Assembly: GCA_030632545.1 (NCBI GenBank)
Contig: DAOVUO010000001.1
Location: forward strand, 1 to 28,457
Length of the DNA: 28,457 nt
Source of the DNA: Bacteroidales bacterium
Lineage (GTDB): Bacteria > Bacteroidota > Bacteroidia > Bacteroidales > DYOH01
Direction: 5' to 3'
A program made the position numbers and the translations under genes. This document shows positions 9,730 through 20,796 of this stretch, in pieces. A model generated the notes under the pieces. That model ran no database searches. It had not been told where the DNA came from and saw nothing but the letters and a program-made list of their open reading frames with translations. Every line of letters starts with the position of its first letter. The first letter of the stretch is position 1.

Positions 9730-9961
9730 TTGCTTTCCTTTCTATTTTTTTAATTTGTTAATAATAAATTTTATGATTTCCTATACAGTAATACTTCGTT
9801 CAGTTTTAAGTTAAAGCGCTGAATATCTAGCAGTTATACTTAATAAATTTATTTTTGCAAACAACTATCATTCAATGCCTTAGAAATATTTGACGAACCA
9901 TTGATACAGAACATAGGAATATAATAAAAAAAACTCTTTTTTTAAAACTTTTAACTAATAC

Positions 9962-11383
9962 TTACAAAATATTTTGGCGTGTAGCGTCTAATTTTATAAA
10001 TATAAAAAGCATTACTGTAAAGCTCCAAAGAGATGATCCTCCATAGCTAAAAAAAGGCAATGGAATACCCACAACTGGTGCTAAACCTATTGTCATGCCA
10101 ATATTAACTACAAAATGAAAAAACAAAATAGACGCTACTGCATAACCATAATACATACTAAATTCCATTTTCTGTCGCTCTGCCATTATGAGTATTCGCC
10201 AAAAAAGCACTAAAAATAAAATAATAACAGTAGTAGTTCCAACAAAGCCCCATTCTTCGCCAACTGTACAAAAAATAAAATCGGTGCTTTGCTCAGGAAC
10301 GAATTTATACTTTGTTTGTGTTCCTTGTAAAAATCCTTTTCCAATTAAACCACCTGATCCAATGGCAATTTTTGATTGATTTACATTATATCCTATTCCT
10401 CTCGGGTCTTCCTTTTCGCCTATAAGGACTAATATTCTGTTTTGTTGATGTGTGCCTAATACTTTTGAAAATATGTATTCTACTGAAAATAAAAACAAAA
10501 TTGAGGCATAAACCAGAGACAACACAACTAAAGCAACTTCCAACTTTTTCCTATAAATCCAGTATATATAAACAATTGAAGATAAAACTAAGGCTATGAA
10601 AACTAAATAATGAAGTTCAATATTGACTTCGGTTAAATTAGCGGTTATCCAACTAATAATTAATGTAAAAGTGAATACTGCCAATGCAGGTGCCAACTCG
10701 TTAATCTTTCCCGAATTAATTAATAAAAGTATAGATGCAACTAAAATAACAAACAACTCAAGGCTGAAAATATTAACTTTAAAACTGGCTATAAATAATA
10801 TAGCAAAAAATACAGCGAGTAATAAAATCCAACCAGGCAACCCTTTTCGGTAAAGTACTATAAACAAAGAGAAATATACTAATGCTGAACCTAAATCATT
10901 TTGTAAAATAATAAGAACTAAAGGCAACATAATAACAATAACAGCTTTAGCCAAGTCTCTTTTATTTCCAATATCAAAATTAAAACGGCTCATTAATCTA
11001 GCAAGTGCCAAAGCAGTAGCAAACTTGGCAAACTCAGAAGGTTGAATCCGAAAAGAACCTATTTCAATCCATGAAGCGGCTCCATTAATATCACGTGCAA
11101 ATATCAACACTAAAATTAATACCAAAATAATAAAGCCATATATTGCATACGCAAAAAAATGGTAAAATTTAACTTCAATCAATAATACTATAAATGCAAT
11201 AACAATTGCAGCTCCAATCCACAATAACTGCTTTCCATAACGCTGACTCAAATCTATAATTTGTTCATGTTCTTCGTTATATACGGCAGCATAAATGTTT
11301 ATCCATCCCAGAAAAACAAGTAAGCCATACAATGATATGGTGAACCAATCTAAATTTATTATCCAGTTTCGTGTATTAGACAA
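9962..11383 (-). CDS. rodA: Rod shape-determining SEDS peptidoglycan polymerase RodA (long Bacteroidales type, TTG start)
   Basis: GAASWIEIGSFRIQPSEFAK; LQNDLGSAL; GYNVNQSKIAIGSGG; PEQSTDFIF; GIPLPFFSYGGSS; directly downstream of mrdA. Confidence 0.95.
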   Translation of the reverse strand: MSNTRNWIINLDWFTISLYGLLVFLGWINIYAAVYNEEHEQIIDLSQRYGKQLLWIGAAIVIAFIVLLIEVKFYHFFAYAIYGFIILVLILVLIFARDINGAASWIEIGSFRIQPSEFAKFATALALARLMSRFNFDIGNKRDLAKAVIVIMLPLVLIILQNDLGSALVYFSLFIVLYRKGLPGWILLLAVFFAILFIASFKVNIFSLELFVILVASILLLINSGKINELAPALAVFTFTLIISWITANLTEVNIELHYLVFIALVLSSIVYIYWIYRKKLEVALVVLSLVYASILFLFSVEYIFSKVLGTHQQNRILVLIGEKEDPRGIGYNVNQSKIAIGSGGLIGKGFLQGTQTKYKFVPEQSTDFIFCTVGEEWGFVGTTTVIILFLVLFWRILIMAERQKMEFSMYYGYAVASILFFHFVVNIGMTIGLAPVVGIPLPFFSYGGSSLWSFTVMLFIFIKLDATRQNIL

Positions 11384-11388
11384 TTTCC

Positions 11389-13200
11389 TTACTTTTTATA
11401 TTTAAACGTTGTATTAACTAATCGATATTCCCATTCAGGATGAGAAATACTATCTCGTAAATATTTTTCTACCATTAAACTTGCCAATGGTGCTGCATAA
11501 GTAGATCCATAACCTGCATTCTCTAAATATACAGCAACTGCAATTTTAGGATTAATTTTAGGTGCAAAAGCTACAAAAATAGAATGGTCTTTTCCATGTG
11601 GGTTTTCTGCCGTTCCTGTTTTACCACAAATATCTAATCCTTCAATAAATGCGTTAGGTGCAGTTCCTCCAGGCAAAAGTACTCTTTCCATTCCTTTAAT
11701 TACATCATCAAAATAAGAACTATCAATATTAATAATTTGCTTTTGCGAAAATTTAGATGGAATTGTATCTATGCCCTCTATTTCTTTTATTAAGTGGGGA
11801 ATATAATAATATCCTCTGTTTGCAACTATAGCTGTCATATTTGCCATTTGCATAGGACTAAAGCCCAGTTCACCTTGACCTATTGCCATTGAGATAAGCA
11901 TTAATGGACGCCATTTATCCTTTCCATAATATTTATCAAAATGCGAAGCTTCGGGGATATAACCTTTTAGTTCTTGAGCCAAATCTGTTCCTAATTTTTT
12001 TCCCAATCCAAATTGCAAAACGTAGTCTCGCCATTTGGTATAGGCTTTACCTATTGTAGAATAATCCTTATTTCTTAAAATTCTATCAAATACATTACAA
12101 TAATAAGCATTACATGATCCTTGAATAGAATAGAAAAAATCAATTGAGGAATAATGATGGCATCTTAATGTAAAATTACCAACATGATAACCACCCGAAC
12201 AATTAAAATGAGAATATATTGTAATTACCTTTTCCTCTAAACCTATTAAGGCATTAACTATTTTAAAAGTAGAGCCTGGTGGGTATTGAGCCATAACAGC
12301 TCTATTAAAAAGTAATTTATCTTTATCGTTACGCAATTGGCCATAATTTTTTGCAATGTTTTTTCCTACAAGTAAGTTTGGATTATAACTAGGCGAGGAG
12401 ATAAGACATAAAATTTCGCCCGAAGAAGGTTCTATCGCAACAATACTTCCCCTCTTTTGTCCCATAAGTTTTTCACCATAAAGTTGAAGATCGGCATCTA
12501 TACTCAACATAATATTTTTACCACTTATTGCTATCTCATCAAATTCACCATTTTTATATGAGCCACGGACACGATTTCTAGCATCTACGCTATACATTTT
12601 TTTCCCTTTTTGACCTCTAAGGATTTCTTCATACGTTTTTTCTATTCCCGTGATACCAATATAATCGCCTTGTTTATAGTACTTATTACTAGCTACTATA
12701 TTTTTATTTACCTCACCTATGTAGCCCAATATATGTGCAGCACTTTTCAATGGATAATAACGTAATGCTCTGGTTTGCAAATAAAATCCTGAGAACATCC
12801 ATTTAATTTCCTGAAATTTTGTAAAAATACTATCAGGAATTTCTTTATAAACTGTTGCAGGTAAAGATGGTCTTTTTTTAGCCTTATTATATGCAGTATA
12901 AAATTTTGCAGAATCTAAACTCAAAACTCGCATAAATGCTACAGTGTCATACTCTTGTACATTTTCGGGGATAACCATTAAGTCAAAAGAGCTAAGGTTT
13001 TCAACAAGTAATGCGCTATCTCTCGAATAAACTAAACCTCGTGTAGGGAACTCAATAACAGTTCTACGTGAATTATTTTCTGCCGATTTTTTATATGTAT
13101 TGTCTAAAGCCTGAATTGAAAATAAGCGAATTACAAAGATTAGCCCGACTGAAAGCATCAGTATAAGAACGACATAATATCTGTTAGCATATTCATTCAT
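11389..13200 (-). CDS. mrdA: Penicillin-binding protein 2 (elongasome transpeptidase)
   Basis: N-terminal TM; PTRGLVYSRD; SxxK in YPPGSTFK; SxN in GSCN; KTG in GKTGTAEN; located between mreD and rodA. Confidence 0.95.
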   Translation of the reverse strand: MNEYANRYYVVLILMLSVGLIFVIRLFSIQALDNTYKKSAENNSRRTVIEFPTRGLVYSRDSALLVENLSSFDLMVIPENVQEYDTVAFMRVLSLDSAKFYTAYNKAKKRPSLPATVYKEIPDSIFTKFQEIKWMFSGFYLQTRALRYYPLKSAAHILGYIGEVNKNIVASNKYYKQGDYIGITGIEKTYEEILRGQKGKKMYSVDARNRVRGSYKNGEFDEIAISGKNIMLSIDADLQLYGEKLMGQKRGSIVAIEPSSGEILCLISSPSYNPNLLVGKNIAKNYGQLRNDKDKLLFNRAVMAQYPPGSTFKIVNALIGLEEKVITIYSHFNCSGGYHVGNFTLRCHHYSSIDFFYSIQGSCNAYYCNVFDRILRNKDYSTIGKAYTKWRDYVLQFGLGKKLGTDLAQELKGYIPEASHFDKYYGKDKWRPLMLISMAIGQGELGFSPMQMANMTAIVANRGYYYIPHLIKEIEGIDTIPSKFSQKQIINIDSSYFDDVIKGMERVLLPGGTAPNAFIEGLDICGKTGTAENPHGKDHSIFVAFAPKINPKIAVAVYLENAGYGSTYAAPLASLMVEKYLRDSISHPEWEYRLVNTTFKYKK

Positions 13201-13709
13201 TATTTTCTAAAAAAGGCAAATTGAATTATTACTATAAGTACAACGGAATAAATACTCCCAAAAAATATTTTTAGCAAATCATTGAAAAAATAATCAAATG
13301 AAAAAGAAACTAAAAAATAATAGGCAATTGAAAATGTAAAAACTGAAAAAACAGTATATTTTAAAACCCAAACAAATCCATAATAATCTAATCTTGGCGA
13401 TGTTCCATTTTCATAACCATCGTAAGGCGAAAGTGCGTCAAGAAATACTGGCCTTAGATAAGCCATAAAAGAAACAGCCGCAGCATTTACACCCAAAGTA
13501 TCATTAATAATGTCGATTGAAAGCCCCGCAAAAAAAGCTAATACTAAGACAAACCACTTAGGCAATTCAAAAGGTAAAATTAATATTGCCAATAAAAATA
13601 CAAAAGGTTGTAATTGTAATTGACTGAGCTTCATATTATCAAACAAAAATGCTTGAATAAAAACAAATAGTACTAAAATTCCGATATGTATAATAAAATT
13701 CCGAAGCAT
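13200..13709 (-). CDS. mreD: Rod shape-determining protein MreD
   Basis: 169-aa polytopic membrane protein with ILILPF..LAFFAGLSIDII..LGVNAAA..FMAYLRP; its stop overlaps the mrdA ATG by 1 nt. Confidence 0.88.
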   Translation of the reverse strand: MLRNFIIHIGILVLFVFIQAFLFDNMKLSQLQLQPFVFLLAILILPFELPKWFVLVLAFFAGLSIDIINDTLGVNAAAVSFMAYLRPVFLDALSPYDGYENGTSPRLDYYGFVWVLKYTVFSVFTFSIAYYFLVSFSFDYFFNDLLKIFFGSIYSVVLIVIIQFAFFRK

Positions 13710-13712
13710 AAT

Positions 13713-14591
13713 TTAAATTTCTTCACTTAAGTTTTCATCTTCGTCTAAGTTAGGCAAATCTTTTGTGTTATCTACTTCAAAGTCCAAATCTTCCTCTAAC
13801 CGTCTATTTCTTAACATCTTTCTAAGTCGAGTCACAACATCTTCAATACTAATTTTAGTAGATTGCGGTGCGGAAAGTTTTGGAATATCTGAAAACAAAA
13901 CCATTATATCACCAGAAACATTTACAATTTTCAACTTAAAAATTTCGCCAATTTCCGTATCTTCAGTTCCAAACATCACTTTATCAAGATTTTCGTAGCC
14001 TGTTTTTATCGAAGAAATATCATTATAAAAAAATTCGTTAGTTTCTTCATGCATAATACTACCACCAAGCCAATCAAAAATGCAACTAAATACGCTCACA
14101 TAATTTTTAGTCAAAATCAACACATCTACTGACCACGATGTATAACGATAAGCCCCATCATTACCTATTTTGCGATTAATTTGGCCGTAATATCCAGGTG
14201 CTTTCCAATAGAGAGGTGTTGGTAAAATCAAAAAACGCTCTGAATCTAACTTACTTTTATCTATTTCAAATCTTTCAAATGCTCTAGCTTTTACTTTTTC
14301 CGTTAAATCCTCCAACAGCCATTCATCCATTTCCTGATCTACAGGGTTACTCTCAAATCTCTCAAGTGCACTTAAATAAGGTTTTTTCCATTGACTAAGA
14401 AAATAAAACCCTGCAAAAATAGCCAGAATCCCAAACGGAATTAAAGGATAAGAGAAAAAACGAATCAAAATACCAATTCCCACTAAAAAAGCAACTCCAA
14501 AAAGCAACATTGCTATCAGATACAAACCCTTTTTTTCAGGATAATTAGGTCTTTCTACAAAAAAATAATTGCTAATTTGAATACTCTTCAT
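13713..14591 (-). CDS. Hypothetical protein: two N-terminal TM helices, soluble domain, acidic tail (does not resemble MreC)
   Basis: 292-aa ORF 27 nt after the valS stop and 3 nt before the mreD ATG; hydrophobic hairpin at about aa 24-66; no family recognised. Confidence 0.75.
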   Translation of the reverse strand: MKSIQISNYFFVERPNYPEKKGLYLIAMLLFGVAFLVGIGILIRFFSYPLIPFGILAIFAGFYFLSQWKKPYLSALERFESNPVDQEMDEWLLEDLTEKVKARAFERFEIDKSKLDSERFLILPTPLYWKAPGYYGQINRKIGNDGAYRYTSWSVDVLILTKNYVSVFSCIFDWLGGSIMHEETNEFFYNDISSIKTGYENLDKVMFGTEDTEIGEIFKLKIVNVSGDIMVLFSDIPKLSAPQSTKISIEDVVTRLRKMLRNRRLEEDLDFEVDNTKDLPNLDEDENLSEEI

Positions 14592-14618
14592 GGGGAAATT
14601 ATTTACAATTCTACTTTA

Positions 14619-17285
14619 TCAATCTTCTAATCGCTTTAATTGTTCATTAATAGCAGAAATTTTTGATTTTGCATCAGCTTTCTTTTTACGTTCAATATCT
14701 ACAACCTTTTTGGGAGCATTATTAACAAACCTGTCGTTACTTAGTTTTTTATCTACTGATATAAGAAACCCCTCCTCATACTTAAGCTCTGCTTTTAATT
14801 TCAAAATTTCTTCTTCAATATTTAACATGCCATCCATTGGTACAAAATATTCATCTACAGACACTCGAAATGAAACAGCCCCTTCAATAGCCTCATCACT
14901 TTTCTCAAAAAGTTCCAAATTGACTATTTTCATCACAGACTTTATATAACGCTCACTAAACTTTTGATTTGGCTTAACTAATAGTTTTAAAGAATCCTTA
15001 CTAGCAATATTTTTTTCTTTCCGTATTCTTCTTACCTCAGAAATAACATTCATCGAAGTTTCAAAATCCTGCAATATATCAGTATCAAATTCACCAACTT
15101 TAGGGTATTCGCTTAAACTAATGCTTTCTCTCTCATTTTTATCACGAAGTAAAAACCAAATCTCCTCAGTAATAAATGGCATAAATGGATGAAGCAACTG
15201 AATAAGCTTTTCTATATAAACAATTGTTGCTTCGTATGTTTTTAAATCAATAGAAGCTTGATATGCAGGTTTAATCCATTCCAAATACCATGATGAAAAA
15301 TCATCCCAAAACAGCTTATAAACTGACATTAAGACTTCAGACAAACGAAAAGTTTCGTATTGCTGCTCCATTTGAACTATTGTACTATTCAACTTATTAT
15401 CAAACCATTCAATCGCTTTTTTTGCATATTCTGGCTGTTCCAAACTTTCATCTACATTCCACGATTTGACTAATCTAAAGGCATTCCAAATTTTATTCGC
15501 AAAATTTCGGCCTTGCTCTGGTAATGGATAACCTTCTAGTCCTGTTTTAGGATTTTTTTGAATATCAAAAAGTAAATCATTTCCTGCTGGCGAACAAAAT
15601 AGCATTCCAATTCGTACTGCATCAGCACCATAATCATCAATCAATTTTAATGGATCGGGCGAATTTCCAAGCGATTTTGACATTTTACGCCCTTGTCCAT
15701 CACGAACTATACCCGTAAAATAAACATTTTTAAATGGCAAATTGCCTTCATACTCATAGCCTGCCATAATCATCCTTGCAACCCAAAAGAAAATAATCTC
15801 TGGTGCAGTAATCAAATCATTCGTTGGATAGTAATATTTAAAATCTTCGTTTTCTGGATTATTTATTCCATCAAAAACAGAAATTGGCCATAACCAAGAT
15901 GAAAACCAAGTATCTAAAACATCTTCCTCTTGATGTATATCGCTAATTACAAGTTTTTTATTGCCTGTTTTTTCAATCGCTTTTGCTAAAGCTTCTTCTT
16001 TACTTTCAGCAACTACAAAGTCGTTGGAATTTTGAATATAATAAGCTGGGATTCTGTGTCCCCACCATAATTGTCGAGAAATATTCCAATCTTGAACATT
16101 TTCCATCCAATGGCGATAGGTATTTTTATATTTTGCAGGATGAAACTTTACATCGTCAGACATAACCGCTTCTAATGCTGGTTTAGCCAATTCCTTCATA
16201 TTTACAAACCACTGCATAGAAAGTTTTGGCTCAATAACCGCATTTGTTCGTTCACTAAAACCAACTTTATTTATATAATCTTCAACTTTTTCTAAACTTC
16301 CAGATTTTTCTAAATCTTTTACAATTTCTTTCCTTACCTCAAATCTATCTTTACCAATGTAAAGTTCAGCTTTCTCACTTAAAGTTCCATCATCGTTAAG
16401 TATATCAATATTATCAAGATTGTGCTTAATTCCAATTTGATAATCATTTAAATCGTGAGCTGGAGTAATTTTCAAGCAACCAGTACCAAATTCCATATCC
16501 ACATATTCGTCCTGAATAATTGGTACAACACGGTTTACAAGTGGTACAATTACTTTCTTTCCTTTTAAATGAACAAAACGAGTATCATTAGGATTTACAC
16601 AAACTGCTGTATCACCCAATATTGTCTCTGGACGAGTGGTGGCAATACTTACAAAATTATTTTCTGTTCCTTCAATTTTATACTTTAGATAATATAATTT
16701 TGACTGAACTTCTTTATGCAATACCTCTTCGTCTGAAATTGCAGTTTTAGCACTAGGATCCCAATTTATCATTTTAACACCACGATAGATATTGCCTTTT
16801 TGATAAAGCTCAATAAAAACCTTTATCACACTTTGACTTAAATCTTCGTCCATGGTAAATTTTGTTCTATCCCAATCGCAAGAAGCTCCGAGCTTTTTTA
16901 ATTGCTCCAAAATTATTCCACCATGCTTTTCTTTCCATTCCCAAGCGTGCTCAAGAAACTGGTCGCGAGTTAAATCCCATTTATCAATACCTTCGTCTTT
17001 TAATTTTGCTACAACTTTAGCCTCAGTAGCAATTGATGCATGATCGGTTCCAGGAACCCAACAGGCATTATATCCTTTCATTCTGGCTCTACGAACCAAA
17101 ACATCCTGAATAGTATTATTGAGCATATGCCCCATGTGTAGTACTCCTGTAACGTTTGGAGGAGGAATTACAATGGTGTATGGCTCACGCTCGTCTGGCT
17201 CACTATGAAATATTTTATTTTCCAACCAGTAGCTATACCATTTATGTTCAATGCTTTTAGGGTCGTATTTTGCCTGAATTTCCAT
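14619..17285 (-). CDS. valS: Valine--tRNA ligase
   Basis: [14 protein letters not shown] (HIGH variant), [29 protein letters not shown]-terminal coiled coil. Start moved to MEIQAKY (17285) because the ORF-track start at 17315 lies only 2 nt from the -7 element. Confidence 0.97.
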   Translation of the reverse strand: MEIQAKYDPKSIEHKWYSYWLENKIFHSEPDEREPYTIVIPPPNVTGVLHMGHMLNNTIQDVLVRRARMKGYNACWVPGTDHASIATEAKVVAKLKDEGIDKWDLTRDQFLEHAWEWKEKHGGIILEQLKKLGASCDWDRTKFTMDEDLSQSVIKVFIELYQKGNIYRGVKMINWDPSAKTAISDEEVLHKEVQSKLYYLKYKIEGTENNFVSIATTRPETILGDTAVCVNPNDTRFVHLKGKKVIVPLVNRVVPIIQDEYVDMEFGTGCLKITPAHDLNDYQIGIKHNLDNIDILNDDGTLSEKAELYIGKDRFEVRKEIVKDLEKSGSLEKVEDYINKVGFSERTNAVIEPKLSMQWFVNMKELAKPALEAVMSDDVKFHPAKYKNTYRHWMENVQDWNISRQLWWGHRIPAYYIQNSNDFVVAESKEEALAKAIEKTGNKKLVISDIHQEEDVLDTWFSSWLWPISVFDGINNPENEDFKYYYPTNDLITAPEIIFFWVARMIMAGYEYEGNLPFKNVYFTGIVRDGQGRKMSKSLGNSPDPLKLIDDYGADAVRIGMLFCSPAGNDLLFDIQKNPKTGLEGYPLPEQGRNFANKIWNAFRLVKSWNVDESLEQPEYAKKAIEWFDNKLNSTIVQMEQQYETFRLSEVLMSVYKLFWDDFSSWYLEWIKPAYQASIDLKTYEATIVYIEKLIQLLHPFMPFITEEIWFLLRDKNERESISLSEYPKVGEFDTDILQDFETSMNVISEVRRIRKEKNIASKDSLKLLVKPNQKFSERYIKSVMKIVNLELFEKSDEAIEGAVSFRVSVDEYFVPMDGMLNIEEEILKLKAELKYEEGFLISVDKKLSNDRFVNNAPKKVVDIERKKKADAKSKISAINEQLKRLED

Positions 17286-17316
17286 ATAATAATCTTTAAA
17301 TACTTTTTTTAGCACA

Positions 17317-17324
17317 CAAAAGTA
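17317..17324 (-). promoter_or_regulatory. Putative sigmaA -7 element for valS and the downstream operon
   Basis: Minus strand TACTTTTG matches TAnnTTTG, 31 nt upstream of the valS ATG at 17285. Confidence 0.55.
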
Positions 17325-17351
17325 AAAATATATCTCTTATGTATAGTAATT

Positions 17352-18122
17352 TTAGAAGCTGAAACTAAGAAAATTTTGCGATGAATAAAATAATTTATTC
17401 AAAGGGCTATTATCTTTAACTGGTGGCTTAGCATCGTAGCTAAAATCAAATGCTACTCCAAATTTAAGATTCTCAATAATCGTAAAATATAATCCAGTTT
17501 GCGAAGATATTCTATAATCCATCCAATCATCAAGTTTTGGCTGATAATAAGTTACATGATTCATACTCACCTTATCATTCAAACTAAAATCAAATGTAAG
17601 TATAAAATCACCTTTAATTTGATTAGTAACTGTATTATAATCGTCTATATATACCTCATTTTCAAACATTACCAATGGTGCTAAATACAAAGTAAAAACA
17701 TCTTTGTCAATAAGCTTAAACCTAGGGCCATAACCATTAATAAATCTCCGTTGCAAATATTTTATATAATTAAATTGATGCTGCACAAATGCTTCAAAAG
17801 TGAGCCACTTCCTTGACTCACAAGTATAATTATATCTAATATGTTCAAAACCACCATTAAGCACTTGATCTAAGGTGTCAATTTTTAAAATAGAAGATCC
17901 GCCAAAAATTAATAAAGTATGTTTATTGTTTGAATACTGAAGCCCCCAATTAGCATTAAACGAGCTAATTGTTCTAGTGTTTTGTGTAAATTGATAATTA
18001 GCAGAAACACTTGCTTGCCAACCTTGTTTTTTGTTTTTACGCAAAGTTTCTATATTAATCAACTGACCATAAGAAAATTGAGTAACAAAAAACATGCTCA
18101 ACAATACGATTATTCTTTGCAT
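17352..18122 (-). CDS. Outer-membrane beta-barrel protein, DUF481-like
   Basis: Signal peptide from MQRIIVLL (start 18122); NGGFEHIRYNY, FEAFVQHQFN..L..RFINGYGPRF, HVTYYQP...DYRIS, YDAKPP; C-terminal Phe (SFSF). Family recognised from memory. Confidence 0.7.
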   Translation of the reverse strand: MQRIIVLLSMFFVTQFSYGQLINIETLRKNKKQGWQASVSANYQFTQNTRTISSFNANWGLQYSNNKHTLLIFGGSSILKIDTLDQVLNGGFEHIRYNYTCESRKWLTFEAFVQHQFNYIKYLQRRFINGYGPRFKLIDKDVFTLYLAPLVMFENEVYIDDYNTVTNQIKGDFILTFDFSLNDKVSMNHVTYYQPKLDDWMDYRISSQTGLYFTIIENLKFGVAFDFSYDAKPPVKDNSPLNKLFYSSQNFLSFSF

Positions 18123-18194
18123 AATAAACAAATTTTTCCTCAAATATAATCTGTAATTTATTGATTTAAAAATTAATTAGCTGATAATCATAAA

Positions 18195-20087
18195 TTAATC
18201 ATAAAAACGCCAAGAAACACCGAAGCGAAAATAAGTATCGGCCAAAGGATAATCAGGAATAGTATAGAAAAGCTCCTTTGTAATCAAATAATTAAGATTT
18301 GTAAACTTCAAAAACACTCTCGAACGGCGCAATTGAGCATTTACAAAAAAGTTGACTAAAGGCATTCCGCCAATCAAATCATTTTTTTGCAAATAAAACA
18401 AGGCTGTTGCTGGATTATAATACGGTGCATAATAACTTGAAAAATAATATGCTTCAAAACCAATTTGGTTAAACATCGACTTTGATATTGTTTTACCTTC
18501 GTAGTAAAAACTTCCTTTATATGTAATTTCAGGATATTTAAAATTAATTGTATCCGATAATTTTTGATAAGTTAAATTTGTTCCTAAACGAAATCTCCAG
18601 ATTTTAAGAATATGAGCCACTTGTACATTCATGTACTTCAAATCACCATTTAACTGAGCTGCCTTTGCATTTTCATCAAAATATACAGGATTAGTTAACC
18701 GACCATTTTCCCCTGATAAAACTAAATCAAGCTTTTTTATTGAGATAGAAGCTTTAGTATTTACTAAATTCTCTCTTTCAAGAGTTGCATCCCAGCTAAC
18801 TCTATTGCCGTAATATCTGTACAGCCACGGCGAAGGAGTACGATAACTATAGTTTCCAAAAACATTTATAACTATTGGGAACTTTTCAGAAAATAAATTC
18901 AAATTAGCATCAGCTTTTAAAGCATTATCGTCAGCTCTACTTCCCTTTGTAAAAGTCTCGTAACTTAATTTCCAATTGAAAAATTTCCCACTTTCACTAT
19001 AAAAACCAAATTTATACCAATTCTCTATATTTATACCAATATTATTAGTTGTAACATATTCTCTGAAATTATAAATTTCGCTGCTTTTATACATAAACTC
19101 ACTAAATACACCAAGTTTAATTATAGGCAAAAGCTCATCGCCTGTTTTAGCATAAAGTTTAAAAATTAAATCACTATGATAAATTGAATCGAAAGATTGT
19201 ATAGAATCGTAATCAAAAGCACCGCCATACACAATTTCATCAACAGCATTATCTCTATAAATTTTATATTTAGGCGTATACAAAAGAGACTGTCCTAAAA
19301 TTAGCAATGGTTTTTTAATTATAATCTCCTGAATTGTATCTTTACCTTCAATATTTACTATTTCTGTTTTTTTAATATTTAAAGGAATCGTGTAAATAAT
19401 ATTTTGACTAAATTGCTTTTCGCCATAAACATTACTTGCATTATCCATTTTTAAAGGAATCTGATTTCCAAACATTTCTATAGAATCATTTATTCCGCCA
19501 TTCTCATAGTTTGTTTGCTTATTGAACATAGCATACGAAAAAAATCTAAAATTCTTTTTCTGGTAATTAGTTGAAGTGTAAACCGAGCTTCCTCTAGTCT
19601 GTTGAAAGTTATATGCCCCTTCAGAACCATTAAATCCACCAAACAAAGTAAAATTCCAAAATGGATTAATATTTCTACTATGCATTACTCTCACAACATT
19701 TTCCTTATCACGCCTAGGGCCTGTATATAAATGAAAATGTGTATAAGGTTTAGTTGTATTCAAATATTGCACATCAGAAGAATTAATCCAATAATCTTGA
19801 ATATGCTGCAAAAAGATAAAACCATTATAAATGGAAGGTCTATAAATTGTTGAATAATAAGGAAGTCCTAGATTACCCAAAAACACGTTAGAATAATCTT
19901 TGTCATAAAATGGATAATAATTTTGAAAGCCAGATAACGAAGTATCAACTGGCATTTCACTTATTTTTAAATTTTTAATATCGACTTTAAATATTTCAAT
20001 TTTAGCAGCTATGATTGAATCTTTTTGTGCTATTAATCCTTTAAAAATAAAAAAAATAAAAAAAAGTAAAATTAGTTTCTTCATCAT
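18195..20087 (-). CDS. Bacteroidota putative porin (large outer-membrane beta-barrel)
   Basis: Signal peptide; FLGNLGLP, NTTKPYTHF, HSRNINP.WNF, NYENGGI, C-terminal PDYPL..TYFRFGVSWRFYD amphipathic strand. Confidence 0.78.
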   Translation of the reverse strand: MMKKLILLFFIFFIFKGLIAQKDSIIAAKIEIFKVDIKNLKISEMPVDTSLSGFQNYYPFYDKDYSNVFLGNLGLPYYSTIYRPSIYNGFIFLQHIQDYWINSSDVQYLNTTKPYTHFHLYTGPRRDKENVVRVMHSRNINPFWNFTLFGGFNGSEGAYNFQQTRGSSVYTSTNYQKKNFRFFSYAMFNKQTNYENGGINDSIEMFGNQIPLKMDNASNVYGEKQFSQNIIYTIPLNIKKTEIVNIEGKDTIQEIIIKKPLLILGQSLLYTPKYKIYRDNAVDEIVYGGAFDYDSIQSFDSIYHSDLIFKLYAKTGDELLPIIKLGVFSEFMYKSSEIYNFREYVTTNNIGINIENWYKFGFYSESGKFFNWKLSYETFTKGSRADDNALKADANLNLFSEKFPIVINVFGNYSYRTPSPWLYRYYGNRVSWDATLERENLVNTKASISIKKLDLVLSGENGRLTNPVYFDENAKAAQLNGDLKYMNVQVAHILKIWRFRLGTNLTYQKLSDTINFKYPEITYKGSFYYEGKTISKSMFNQIGFEAYYFSSYYAPYYNPATALFYLQKNDLIGGMPLVNFFVNAQLRRSRVFLKFTNLNYLITKELFYTIPDYPLADTYFRFGVSWRFYD

Positions 20088-20166
20088 ATCAAAAATATCT
20101 TTGTACTACTCATAGCACTTTAAATGCTATAATCTATCGCCTTTATAATTATTAAAAATTATAGTG

Positions 20167-20174
20167 CAAACTTA
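20167..20174 (-). promoter_or_regulatory. Putative sigmaA -7 element for the porin gene
   Basis: Minus strand TAAGTTTG(CA), about 80 nt upstream of the start. Confidence 0.5.
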
Positions 20175-20253
20175 ATCCAAATCGTAATTAATAAAAAATT
20201 AATAAAAAAAAGAACCACAAAAATTGTGATTCTCTCAAGCCGTAATTGCCTAT

Positions 20254-20760
20254 TTATTTACTATTTTCAACAATTGAACTCGGAATATTATATGTGGTCA
20301 TTTCTCCAGTATTATCATCCTCTCTCTGCTCCGAAACATATTTTATTTTAAACATCTTCCCAACTAAATCCTTATTAATAGCCAATTCAGGTCCAAAAAA
20401 TGGGATTGTCTGATTCATAGAATTTTCTTGAGGGTTAAAATAAAAACTTTTTTCTTTACCCGATTTATCCTTAAAAAAATAGAAATAACTCATATCTAAA
20501 ACAGATGCGTCAACAAAACTCCCTTCAAAAACGCTTATTTCGGCAGTTGCTTGTTCTGTTTCCTCAATATTCTCCGCAATTTCTTCGGCCTGATTTAAAC
20601 TTTCCTCAGTTGTATTAGATTGACCTTCTTCAGTTACTTCAACAATTTTAGCCTTCCCTGAGTTCGCAGTTTTTTCTTCAGGCTCACCACATCCAAACAT
20701 AAATAAAACACTAAATAAAACTGACAGCACTAAATAAAATGTATTTTTTCTCATAATCAT
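20254..20760 (-). CDS. Hypothetical lipoprotein
   Basis: Basic N-terminus, hydrophobic core, lipobox MFG-C, acidic low-complexity linker, small beta-rich C-terminal domain. The start could be 20754. Confidence 0.75.
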   Translation of the reverse strand: MIMRKNTFYLVLSVLFSVLFMFGCGEPEEKTANSGKAKIVEVTEEGQSNTTEESLNQAEEIAENIEETEQATAEISVFEGSFVDASVLDMSYFYFFKDKSGKEKSFYFNPQENSMNQTIPFFGPELAINKDLVGKMFKIKYVSEQREDDNTGEMTTYNIPSSIVENSK

Positions 20761-20796
20761 TTGTTTTGATATAATTTAATCAGCAAAAAAACAGCT

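Noticed and set aside
9730-9961. 232-nt leader upstream of the aminomutase as a possible lysine or SAM riboswitch
   Set aside because: Only weak pairings (TTCCTAT/ATAGGAA, TTCAG/CTGAA) and none of the conserved aptamer motifs are visible; an Rfam scan would be decisive.
9962-11383. RodA about 100 aa longer than the E. coli protein, with extra TM helices
   Set aside because: Long RodA proteins are, to my knowledge, normal in Bacteroidales.
17150-17175. ValS Pro-Pro-Pro motif near a KamA homologue, suggesting an EF-P beta-lysylation (EpmB) link
   Set aside because: The PPP motif is universal in ValS, no efp or epmA is in the window, and the enzyme lacks the lysine-binding Asp residues.
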